From: Candidatus Thorarchaeota archaeon
GTDB taxonomy: Archaea > Asgardarchaeota > Thorarchaeia > Thorarchaeales > Thorarchaeaceae
Assembly: GCA_029858305.1 (NCBI GenBank)
Contig: JAOUFI010000003.1
Location: forward strand, 1-64,000
Length of the DNA stretch: 64,000 bases
Direction of reading: 5' to 3'
Shown here: positions 9,101 to 17,048 of the stretch, piece by piece
Position numbering within the stretch: the first letter of the stretch is position 1
How the letters are laid out: each line of letters begins with the position of its first letter
Notes under the pieces: generated by a model
Seen by the model: the letters and a program-made list of their open reading frames with translations, nothing else
The model's database searches: none
What the model was told of the DNA's origin: nothing
Program-made: the position numbers and the translations under genes

Positions 9101-10364
9101 AACGATTGATACACCAGTCGATAGACAAATCGACGAAGGTCAGACTGGAGAAATAATTACATGGGATCCATCTGATTTGAATCCGATAAGTTACGAAATC
9201 TACAGAAATCAAGTCATTTTCAGAAACGGTTTATGGAATTCAACTTCGGAAATGATCTCAGTTTCACTTGATGGACTTGGTCTAGGTGTTCACAACTTCA
9301 CATTGGTTGTATTCGACATCGGCTTGAACTCTGCGAATGATACTGTGCTGGTAACTGTCATTGATGGTACATCACCAACTATTGATAGTCCATCCGATGT
9401 CTTCTATGCTGAAGGAGTGATAGGTTATTCTATAACATGGAATCCATCAGACCTTCACCCAGTAAGTTATGAAATACTCAGAGAAGGGGTCCAACTAAAG
9501 ACGGGTCCATGGAACTCATCATCTGAATCCATCACTGTCAATGTGGATAGCCTGACCCTTGGATCATACAACTTCACAATCTATGTCACTGATGTTGGTG
9601 GAAACATTGCAAGCGACACCGTATTTGTTATCGTTTCTGACGGTAATGCACCGACAATTGATAGCCCTCCAGATGTGACATACGATGAAGGAGATACTGG
9701 CTTCTCTATTCAATGGAATCCAGCTGATGCACATCCATCAGGGTATGAGATATACAGAGAGGATGTCCTGATATTCTCTGGACTATGGAACTCATCTTCG
9801 GAAACAATCACAGTATCAGTTGATAGCCATCAAGTAGGAACATACAACTATACGATACGTGTCTTTGATATTGGCGCTAGCAGTGTATCTGATACGGTGA
9901 TGGTCATTGTTCAAGACGGGACATTACCCATGATCGATAGTCCAGCTGATATTGTCTACAATCAAGGCGATACTGGAAACTCAATTACTTGGAATCCCTC
10001 AGATTTGCATCCGATGAGCTATGAGATATTTCGAGATGGAGTGTCGATTAAATCAGGATTGTGGAATTCAAGCAGTGAATCAATTGTTATTATAGTGGAC
10101 GGGCTCACTCTTGGCGTTCATAATTATACGCTTGTTGTTATCGATATTGGTACTAATTCAGCACTTGATCAAGTGAATGTACTAGTCCAAGCCTCAACAT
10201 CTCCAACGACACCCACAACAAGTACACAGACAACAACTCCCGAGAATCCCAATGTACCGCAAATACCCTTGGAGCCAATTTTGATGATACTTGTCACCTG
10301 GATTGGCGTTGGTGTACTTGCGTTTGTCATTGCCGATTTTCTAGTTAGACGATATAGAGGATAG
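6120..10364 (+). CDS. Large surface protein: signal peptide, mono-heme c (CxxCH) beta-domain, 13 Ig-like repeats, C-terminal TM anchor
   Basis: ECAPCH near the N-terminus; repeats of ~92 aa; Thr/Pro-rich linker; TM helix followed by RRYRG. Confidence 0.9.
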   Translation: MKTSNKLTITIVLSVFIILIAGAYSAAGQPSRTSECAPCHTLDLVHMTISSNATGTVDAKVGNQFSLIINAASLDTNPQTGSMAVKVYSGWADNSQFSFTDPLLVIDNGAGDSNSNSVQITTTFTFTPLAVGTWTLRIWTAASQGDSGRISQKLDVTVSVTLSDSTPPTIDSPIDMIIDEGDNTKNITWSPSDANPSSYQVFDDSVSWQSGPWDGSTITVQLGSLGLGTHNITLAVWDAAGNSASDQVDVTVLDGTSPSINSPANVTYSEGSSGYSITWDPTDTHPSSYVIYRDGVSVKSGTWNASIETISVSVDSLAVGTYNYTIVVSDVGTNTIADTVYVIVYDGTFPTIDNPADVTYDEGDTGYSITWNPADLNPVSYIIYKDAVPVKSGSWNSSAESISIIVDGLAVGNYSYVLEVTDIGSLTASDLVLVIVSDGTLPTINSPIDITLNEGVIGYSITWNPTDLNPQNYTIYRDGVPVKSGLWNSSGESISISVDGLAMGSYTYLIIVEDVGHNPATDSVLVTVVDATDPTIDTPIDQNVVEGSSGNQITWSPYDLHPSSYQIYREHVLVKSGTWNSSSETITFSVDGLTLGVYNVTIVVFDTTSRKAIDTVFITVYDGTPPIVDHPADIDYPDGDIGYSITWSPTDLHPVSYQILREGVQVKSGMWNSSSETIFISVDWLSIGSYNYTIVLVDIGGNIVLDEVIVTVYNADLPTINHPTNQTISEGAAGLLVIWKPLDLNPSSYAIYKDGVLVKSGAWNSSAETISISLDGLSLGEYNFTALVTDLDSNTASDTVWVTVVDGTPPVLNHPNDITYDEGSPGGTLTWIPTDLHPVSYTIYFEGSPVKSGLWNSSGESISISVDGHLVGGYNYTIRVVDVDGNIDTDTVFVYVMDGTLPTIDTPSDINYNEGEAGGTITWDPADSYPASYEIFRNDVLVKSGLWNLTSETISISVTGLSVGSYNFTILVYDVGSNSVLDTVWVTVSDATLPTIDTPVDRQIDEGQTGEIITWDPSDLNPISYEIYRNQVIFRNGLWNSTSEMISVSLDGLGLGVHNFTLVVFDIGLNSANDTVLVTVIDGTSPTIDSPSDVFYAEGVIGYSITWNPSDLHPVSYEILREGVQLKTGPWNSSSESITVNVDSLTLGSYNFTIYVTDVGGNIASDTVFVIVSDGNAPTIDSPPDVTYDEGDTGFSIQWNPADAHPSGYEIYREDVLIFSGLWNSSSETITVSVDSHQVGTYNYTIRVFDIGASSVSDTVMVIVQDGTLPMIDSPADIVYNQGDTGNSITWNPSDLHPMSYEIFRDGVSIKSGLWNSSSESIVIIVDGLTLGVHNYTLVVIDIGTNSALDQVNVLVQASTSPTTPTTSTQTTTPENPNVPQIPLEPILMILVTWIGVGVLAFVIADFLVRRYRG
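6609..10190 (+). repeat. 13 diverged tandem intragenic repeats (~276 bp / ~92 aa, Ig-like beta-sandwich)
   Basis: Consensus DGTxPTIDxPxDxxYxEGxxGxSITWxPxDLxPxSYxIYRDGVxVKSGxWNSSxExISISVDGLxxGxYNYTIxVxDxGxNxAxDTVxVxV. Unit starts at 6879 and 7155 are 276 nt apart. Confidence 0.9.
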
Positions 10365-10457
10365 GGGCATTGACATTTTGTGAGACAAAGTGGAAAGATT
10401 TTAAGGCGCCCTGCAAAGGTCCACTCTAATCATTCACTAGTTTCGGAGACCTAAACC

Positions 10458-11684
10458 ATGGATTTTCCAGCTCTGAAAGAACATGAACTCCAAGATTACG
10501 CCTTTACTTGTGCCCAATGCAGTTTTTGTCAGGTAGGTCATGGTGCGTGTCCAACCTACAAGGTAAAACGACGAGATACATATTCAGGAAAGGGCAAGAT
10601 GCTATTGACCCGTGCTTTGATTCAAGGTCGGCTAAAACCATCTGAAGGACTCGAAGGTCTTAGAGATGGAATCTTTGGTTGCACACTCTGTGGAGGCTGC
10701 GAGGAAGTCTGCCAAGTAGATATCCCCTTTGTTAAAATCTACCAAGTAATGCGCTCTGAATTCAAAAGGCGCAACATGTGGCCAGAACAGCTCCAGATGG
10801 CTAAAGACACTGTCTTGAAGAGCTTCAATATTCAAGGTCAAGCACAAATGGATAGAATCGAGGGCTGGTCGTACTGGACTCCAAATGAGGATGAATTACT
10901 GGATAGACAGGGAACCAAAGCAAAGACTGCATTCTTCTTCGGATGTGCATCATCATTCCGAGGTGTTTCCATTCAGGCTACAATTGCTACAACACTAATC
11001 TTCGATAAAATTCAAGAAGAGTATACCGTGCTGGGAGAAGAAGAGTACTGCTGCGGTGCTCCTCTCATAATGACAGGAGACTTCGAAGGGGCGAGAGTTC
11101 TTGCTGAACACAATATTCAGAAGTACAGAGAGCTTGGTGTTGAGAGGATAGTGACCAACTGCCCAGGTTGCTATAAAATGTGGGCTCATGAATATCATGA
11201 GTTCTTGGGCATAGATCATGGTTTTGAAATAGTCTATGGTTATCAGTATCTTGCTGATCTCCTTGATAAAGGCAAATTGACAGGCTTCAATACGCCACTC
11301 GATGTCACAGTGACCTACCATGATGGTTGCGATGCTGGCCGAAATGCCGGATTCTATGAAGAACCTAGAAAGGTACTTGAGTATCTTCCAGGAGTTACTT
11401 TTGAAGAACTACCCCATAATAAGGCCAATTGCTATTGTTGTGGCTCTGGTGGAGTCCTAAGAGCAATCGATGCAGACTTTGCAAATCAAATCAATAGACT
11501 CAAAGTAGAAGATATCGAGGCAACAAATGCAAGTATTGTGTCGTCTGGATGTCCCTCCTGTGTTGACTTTATGCATGATCAACTTCCTCAAGCTGGTTCT
11601 AATAAGACCGTGAAGGACCTAGTTGTTCTTACTGCACAGGCGCTCGGTCTCTCTTGGGATGGACTTGACGAGATTTATGGTTGA
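10458..11684 (+). CDS. Fe-S oxidoreductase, GlcF/GlpC/HdrD family (2x[4Fe-4S] + 2 CCG domains)
   Basis: CAQCSFC...CP, CTLCGGCEEVC, YCCGAP, NCPGC, YHDGC, YCCGSGG, GCPSC. Confidence 0.9.
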   Translation: MDFPALKEHELQDYAFTCAQCSFCQVGHGACPTYKVKRRDTYSGKGKMLLTRALIQGRLKPSEGLEGLRDGIFGCTLCGGCEEVCQVDIPFVKIYQVMRSEFKRRNMWPEQLQMAKDTVLKSFNIQGQAQMDRIEGWSYWTPNEDELLDRQGTKAKTAFFFGCASSFRGVSIQATIATTLIFDKIQEEYTVLGEEEYCCGAPLIMTGDFEGARVLAEHNIQKYRELGVERIVTNCPGCYKMWAHEYHEFLGIDHGFEIVYGYQYLADLLDKGKLTGFNTPLDVTVTYHDGCDAGRNAGFYEEPRKVLEYLPGVTFEELPHNKANCYCCGSGGVLRAIDADFANQINRLKVEDIEATNASIVSSGCPSCVDFMHDQLPQAGSNKTVKDLVVLTAQALGLSWDGLDEIYG

Positions 11685-11739
11685 GCTACAAACAACCAAT
11701 TCGACAAGCTATTAACAGAAAAAGAATACACAATTTCTA

Positions 11740-13002
11740 ATGAACAGGAAGTCGACGGTTCAAAGTAGGTATCAAAGGAAATGGATCTATGAGGAGATTG
11801 TAGACCGAATACCGCCATTTAGATGGATCCCACGGACATATGATGTCATCGCACAATTGCTTCTTGTAGAAACTGTCGGTGTCTTTGCATTCATTTACTT
11901 TCAGATGCCGTATGAAGCCGCAGTATTTGGTTCGCTAGCAATAATCTATACTGTAGTTTGGTCTTCTGGATGTCTCTATATCGTTCCATGGCTAAGAAGA
12001 CTTCGTGATCCAACGAATGAGATTGAATTTGAAGTCCTTAGAGATTACAAGAGTCGTATTCTTTTGGATCGAAGGCTAGAACTCATTGGGGGCATAATTT
12101 GCTTTGGCGCAGTCATGTCGTATCTTTGGATTGATACTGATTATCTCAGATATTTTCTAGGAAACGGATTCGGAAATCCACTATTGATTATATTGATTAT
12201 AGTGTTAGCTTGGGATATTAGTTACCGTCTTGGACTATCATTAGTGACCACGTTCTTCGCAGCGATAAGATCCATATCATTAAGCCAAGCGGCTAGAAAA
12301 CGAAGGGGTCTAGCTTATACTGCTTATTCAGAGGTTAGAACACTCAAATACCTCGATTTGATCAATCTGTATTGGGGAATCAGCGCAGTTCTACTCTTGC
12401 CCTTGACTCTACGATCCTATTTCTTATTGCTGGGGCTTGCAGGATTTCTTGCAGGCATAATTGGACTTTCTACCTTGAGTCTGCTAGCAATGGAAACCGT
12501 CCCTTGGTTTCCTCCCGATGTTGAGAGTATTTTGCATAACGAAGGATTCGCGTATGTAAGTGTGTGTTCAAAGAAACAACCGCATGTAACACCTGTAATC
12601 TTCGTATATGATGGAAAATACCTGTATTTTGCCATATCAGTTGCCTCGGCTAAATACAGAATAATAAAGAAGAATCCCAAGATTGCAGTCTTGGTTGATA
12701 TGCGCGATAGTAAGTTTCCGATGAAGAATAGGGCTGTGCTTCTGAGAGGAAAAGGGATGATTCTTGGAGACCTATCGATTATGGGATTTTTCAAGCTTTT
12801 CTTGCACGGCCTTTGGCTAATTCGAGTGAGAAACATGTTTGCTAAGAAATATCCTATGTACATGAAATTTTATGAAGATCAGGCTCAGGAACTTCCACCT
12901 GCTTGGCGAAACAAACCGTTCCTCTCCAGGGTAATCGTACGTCTAGAGCCTGAAAAGATAACATACTGGCGTGAGGCCAGACCAACAACCCTACGAGCGT
13001 GA
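11740..13002 (+). CDS. Multi-TM membrane protein fused to a flavin/F420-binding split-barrel (PNPOx-like) domain
   Basis: ~6 TM helices in the N-terminal part; C-terminal QPHVTPVIFVYDG...SAKYRIIKKNPKIAVLVD...AVLLRGK. Confidence 0.75.
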   Translation: MNRKSTVQSRYQRKWIYEEIVDRIPPFRWIPRTYDVIAQLLLVETVGVFAFIYFQMPYEAAVFGSLAIIYTVVWSSGCLYIVPWLRRLRDPTNEIEFEVLRDYKSRILLDRRLELIGGIICFGAVMSYLWIDTDYLRYFLGNGFGNPLLIILIIVLAWDISYRLGLSLVTTFFAAIRSISLSQAARKRRGLAYTAYSEVRTLKYLDLINLYWGISAVLLLPLTLRSYFLLLGLAGFLAGIIGLSTLSLLAMETVPWFPPDVESILHNEGFAYVSVCSKKQPHVTPVIFVYDGKYLYFAISVASAKYRIIKKNPKIAVLVDMRDSKFPMKNRAVLLRGKGMILGDLSIMGFFKLFLHGLWLIRVRNMFAKKYPMYMKFYEDQAQELPPAWRNKPFLSRVIVRLEPEKITYWREARPTTLRA

Positions 13003-13006
13003 AACC

Positions 13007-13492
13007 ATGACACTAAGATTGCCTCATTATGATAGCACCAAGAAGACAACTAAGATTCCAGATGATGCCTTGAACATCCTTCGAGATGGATTCTTTGCGT
13101 ATTTAGGTACGGCTGACCTAGTCTGCGAACCTCATGTAACGGCTATGTTCTATATTTGGGATGATGATTCTAAGACAATCCATCTTATTACTTCAAAAGA
13201 AAGTAAAAAGGTGCTAAATATCAGACGAAATACAAGAGTGAGTGTTACTATCGATCAAAGAGACCCTAAATCACCAGCTCGTAACTCAGGTGTAATGGTA
13301 AAGGGAAGAGCGCTCCTTGTAGAGATGGAGCTTATTGATGATGAACTGACAGTGAAATATCTTGAGAAGTATGTTGAATTTCTAGGAACTGGATATCCTT
13401 TGGGGCTCAGGATTGCGATTCGAGTAGTTCCACAGACAATCTCCTATTGGAAGGGAACTAATTTCTACCGATGGAAGAATCGGAGCTCCTAA
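13007..13492 (+). CDS. Pyridoxamine 5'-phosphate oxidase-like split-barrel protein
   Basis: FAYLGT...PHVTAMFY...SKKVLNIRRNTRVSVTID...GVMVKGRA; paralogous to the C-terminal domain of the upstream gene. ATG at 13007 preferred as start. Confidence 0.8.
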   Translation: MTLRLPHYDSTKKTTKIPDDALNILRDGFFAYLGTADLVCEPHVTAMFYIWDDDSKTIHLITSKESKKVLNIRRNTRVSVTIDQRDPKSPARNSGVMVKGRALLVEMELIDDELTVKYLEKYVEFLGTGYPLGLRIAIRVVPQTISYWKGTNFYRWKNRSS

Positions 13493-13496
13493 ATTC

Positions 13497-14600
13497 TCAA
13501 TTGCTTGAAGATGCAGCACTTGCTGCTTTTCTTGCCTGGCGCTCTGTTTGATAATAAAAGGCAAGAGATATTGCAAGACACAAAACACTCAAAATAACAA
13601 CGAACCATGGAGGCGTTGATAGACCAATTAACAGGTACGACAGAGAGAGGAAGAGACCTGTAAACAAGTGATTTGCTACAGTTGAGGCGTAGGCGGGAAT
13701 CAATGGTTGCGAGTATTCATAGTATTTCAATGCATACTTGCATCCAAGCGCTGCAGCAGGCACAGTTGCTAGTCCTAGAAATGTATACCAGTCTGTAAGA
13801 TTGAGAATGATTGGAATTAATATTGACAAATATAGTGAAGCCATCAGAACAACATAGCCCTTAGCCGCTCGTTCGCGTCCAAGCCGCACGACCACTGTTA
13901 GCTTTCCAACTGCTTTATCGGCTTCATAGTCAGGAAACTCATTGATGTATAGAACCGCTGTAATTAGTATGGCAATTGGAATTGAAGGAAAAACAGCCTC
14001 CCAAGCAAGAACTTGTGTTTGAACGAAATAAGCACCAAGAGTCATGAGAACACCAAAGTTGAGACCAATAAAGATCTCTCCAATCCCTCTGTTCACCAAT
14101 CTCAGGGGTGGAGCAGTATAGAAGAAGCCAGAACCTACACCAATGATTCCTAGAATCAGAACTTCAATGCCCCTTGTGTAAGCAAGATATAGACCAATCC
14201 CACCTCCAATTGAGAAGAACACGATTGATTCTGCAAAGACCTCACGGGGAGACATCCAACCTCTCTGTATCATCCTGCTCCCCCCAGTGAATGGACGAAC
14301 ATACTCCACGTTGATATCGTCCGTCCCACTCTTGTGGTCGAAGTAGTCATTGGCCACATTAGATCCAATGTGCACGCAAATTCCAGCTATGAGTGTCAGC
14401 AGGAAAACATCCAGAAGGAACACTCCTGTCGAAGCCCATCCAACACAGGTTCCTAGAATTACTGGAACAATCGCTCCGGTTAGAAAAGGAGCACGCATCT
14501 CAGCCATCCAGATTCGTATTCTCGAAGGTTTTTCTACGCTCACGACTATCACAACATACAGGATTGAAACCATTGCACATTGCACAAAAGACTTACTCAA
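13497..14600 (-). CDS. menA: 1,4-dihydroxy-2-naphthoate polyprenyltransferase (UbiA family)
   Basis: RAPFL, NVANDYFDHKSGTD, FTGGSRMIQ, YTAPP...GIGE, INEFPDYEADKAVGKLT. Confidence 0.88.
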   Translation of the reverse strand: MSKSFVQCAMVSILYVVIVVSVEKPSRIRIWMAEMRAPFLTGAIVPVILGTCVGWASTGVFLLDVFLLTLIAGICVHIGSNVANDYFDHKSGTDDINVEYVRPFTGGSRMIQRGWMSPREVFAESIVFFSIGGGIGLYLAYTRGIEVLILGIIGVGSGFFYTAPPLRLVNRGIGEIFIGLNFGVLMTLGAYFVQTQVLAWEAVFPSIPIAILITAVLYINEFPDYEADKAVGKLTVVVRLGRERAAKGYVVLMASLYLSILIPIILNLTDWYTFLGLATVPAAALGCKYALKYYEYSQPLIPAYASTVANHLFTGLFLSLSYLLIGLSTPPWFVVILSVLCLAISLAFYYQTERQARKAASAASSSN

Positions 14601-14682
14601 TGGATTCAGAAAATAAGTATCTATAAGACAACTGCTTTAAGGCACAAACGAATTAACATGAGAGATTCTAGGAGCACTTCTA

Positions 14683-15723
14683 ATGACAGAACGACCAACT
14701 GTTAATCTTGATGCCGACAACCAAATAGAAGAAAGCACAAGTCCAATATATTCATCTGACCTGTTAGAGAATGAAAAAATACACACTAGAATAAATCTCA
14801 TAAATGAGGAGATTAAACGTTGTCTTCTGGATGAGGATGGTGAACCAGCACTCCTCTATGAAACAGCACGACATTTAATTCTTGCAGGTGGCAAGAGACT
14901 GAGGTCATTATTATTGGTACTCTCCTGTGAAGCTGTAGGCGGAACAGTGATTGATGCTCTACCATTTGCTGTTGCTACTGAGTTCGTGCAAACTGCTAGT
15001 CTTATCCATGATGATGTCGTTGATGAGGATAATATGCGTCGGGGAGTAGAAACCACTCATAAGAAATTTGGTGGGAAGATGGCAATTATCGCTGGAGACT
15101 TATTGGTCGCATTAGCGATCAAATTGATAGGAGAGAGATCAACTCCTCAGCTTCTTACATACGTTGCGGCTGGAGGCATTAGAATGTGTGAAGGTGAGGC
15201 CGCTGATCTTCTTATGAGTCAAAAGAAGGACCATTCCTACACGACAAAAGCTGCACTTGAAATCATAAGAATGAAAACAGTCTCGTTTATGGTTTCTGCT
15301 GCAAAGGTAGGAGCTATGTTAGGTCACGCGAATGAAAAACAAATGGAAGCGTTGGTCAGGTATGCAGAGATGTTGGGATATTCATTTCAAATCCGTGATG
15401 ATATTCTAGACATAGTTGCGACGCAGAATGGAACTGGTAAGACAGTATTATCCGATTTAAAAGGAAGCAGAAGCAATTTCGTTCTAGCTCACGCGATTGA
15501 AAACTGCTCACCTGATCAGAGAAAAGATTTCGCGAAGAAACTAAGCGATGGTGATGTTGATTTTATTCTTGAACGAATAAAGGAAGGCAGGTCTGTTGAA
15601 TATTCAACTGAGATCGCAAGGGAATACTTAGAATCAGCAAAACGTGCAATTCAAGGACTTAATTTTGCCAATGAAGAATTATTGACGCTTCTTGCAGACT
15701 TTGCAATGAACCGCCTCTACTAA
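14683..15723 (+). CDS. Polyprenyl diphosphate synthase (GGPP synthase/IspA family)
   Basis: GGKRLR; FARM SLIHDDVVDEDNMRRG; SARM FQIRDDILD. Confidence 0.92.
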   Translation: MTERPTVNLDADNQIEESTSPIYSSDLLENEKIHTRINLINEEIKRCLLDEDGEPALLYETARHLILAGGKRLRSLLLVLSCEAVGGTVIDALPFAVATEFVQTASLIHDDVVDEDNMRRGVETTHKKFGGKMAIIAGDLLVALAIKLIGERSTPQLLTYVAAGGIRMCEGEAADLLMSQKKDHSYTTKAALEIIRMKTVSFMVSAAKVGAMLGHANEKQMEALVRYAEMLGYSFQIRDDILDIVATQNGTGKTVLSDLKGSRSNFVLAHAIENCSPDQRKDFAKKLSDGDVDFILERIKEGRSVEYSTEIAREYLESAKRAIQGLNFANEELLTLLADFAMNRLY

Positions 15724-15734
15724 TTTTGTAGGAA

Positions 15735-16925
15735 CTAAAGGAACCAATTCAAAGCTTTAACAAGCGTTTTTGATGCGAGAGATATTGGAAGAGGAAGTCG
15801 ACATCGAATAAGCGGTTCGAGAAATCTAACTCCAGCAAGATTCATACAGATATCAGTTAATGTATCCGAGGGCATGACTGTATCAGCGACTCTAAGAACT
15901 TGAAGTGCAGTTTCCAGCTCAAGACCATATTCAGATCTCCACTTTCGTTCATAAAGGGACAAAGAAGCATTTTTTGTCAAATGGTTTACAACGTTCTCTC
16001 CGGCTATCTGACCACCGCATAATGCAGTCGGAATTCCACCTCCATTCGAAGCCATCACATGACCAGCTGCATCTCCGACTAGTATCACATTGTTTGACCA
16101 AGTTGTTTTAAGTGGGCCACCAACAGGGATAATCGCGCCTACTCTTTGCAGTATCTTTGCGTTTTTCGTTTTTTGAGCCAAAGTATTGAATGCAAACCGT
16201 TCAATATACCTCTTCAGTGGAGTCATATCGCCTCCGATGCTTCGTCGCATCCCGAAACCAATATTGGCTATGCCCTCACCCTTAGGTATGACCCATGCAT
16301 ATCCTCCTGGTGCAATCGAACTGCCAAAATACATCTCAACAATAGTTGGATCAATATCAACATCGCTCATGACATATTGTAGTGCTGGGCTTAGATCTGA
16401 TTCAGGCTGGATGAATCTAGGACCAAGGGAACGAGCCACAACTGACTTTGACCCATCAGCTCCAATAACTAACCTTGAGTTTATTGTTTGTACTGAATTC
16501 TTTGTTTTGACTTTCAATTCGTTCGTTATGGAGCGATTAATTACCGTAGAATCTAACTGAATCTCAGCACCAACATTTTCAGCTGAATCTGCAAGATATT
16601 GATCATATCGAGATCTATCAACAATGTTCGCTTCGAAAGGAAACTCGAAAGATTTTCCGTTTGGAGAAATCAGTCTTATGACTTGGGTCTGGTTTGTTAT
16701 AAACTCCGCTGGTACATTAACAGCTTTGGACATCCTCGTCGAGTTAGGAAAAAGTCTTCGTGCCTCTGATGGTGTAGGAATGAGCTCTCCACATTGCACT
16801 GGCGCACCAACTTTGCGGCGACGATCAAGAACGAGAGTATGCAGATCATTTCTTGCTGTCACTTCTGCTGCAGATGTCCCAGCTGGTCCAGCGCCAATCA
16901 CTGCGACATCATATATGATCTTCAT
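15735..16925 (-). CDS. Geranylgeranyl reductase family FAD oxidoreductase
   Basis: GAGPAG, VQCGE, DRSRYDQ, IGADG, APGGYAWVIPKG, GDAAG...NGGGI. Confidence 0.88.
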   Translation of the reverse strand: MKIIYDVAVIGAGPAGTSAAEVTARNDLHTLVLDRRRKVGAPVQCGELIPTPSEARRLFPNSTRMSKAVNVPAEFITNQTQVIRLISPNGKSFEFPFEANIVDRSRYDQYLADSAENVGAEIQLDSTVINRSITNELKVKTKNSVQTINSRLVIGADGSKSVVARSLGPRFIQPESDLSPALQYVMSDVDIDPTIVEMYFGSSIAPGGYAWVIPKGEGIANIGFGMRRSIGGDMTPLKRYIERFAFNTLAQKTKNAKILQRVGAIIPVGGPLKTTWSNNVILVGDAAGHVMASNGGGIPTALCGGQIAGENVVNHLTKNASLSLYERKWRSEYGLELETALQVLRVADTVMPSDTLTDICMNLAGVRFLEPLIRCRLPLPISLASKTLVKALNWFL

Positions 16926-16990
16926 ACTAGAGTATACTCCATGGATTCAACTAAGAAATCGATGGGCACAGGTATAAACCCTTCTTGCTA

Positions 16991-17029
16991 GAAAAAAAGA
17001 AAGTTGGTCAGACATTCAATCCGACCAAC
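16991..17029 (-). terminator. Hairpin + U-tract downstream of ccmF
   Basis: GTTGGTC...GACCAAC stem followed on the minus strand by TTTCTTTTTTTC. Confidence 0.45.
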
Positions 17030-17048
17030 ATCGACTTTTTCAAGAACT

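Noticed and set aside
6609-10190. CRISPR array or DNA-level tandem repeat
   Set aside because: Repeats are in-frame 276-bp protein domains diverged at synonymous sites, with no identical repeat-spacer structure
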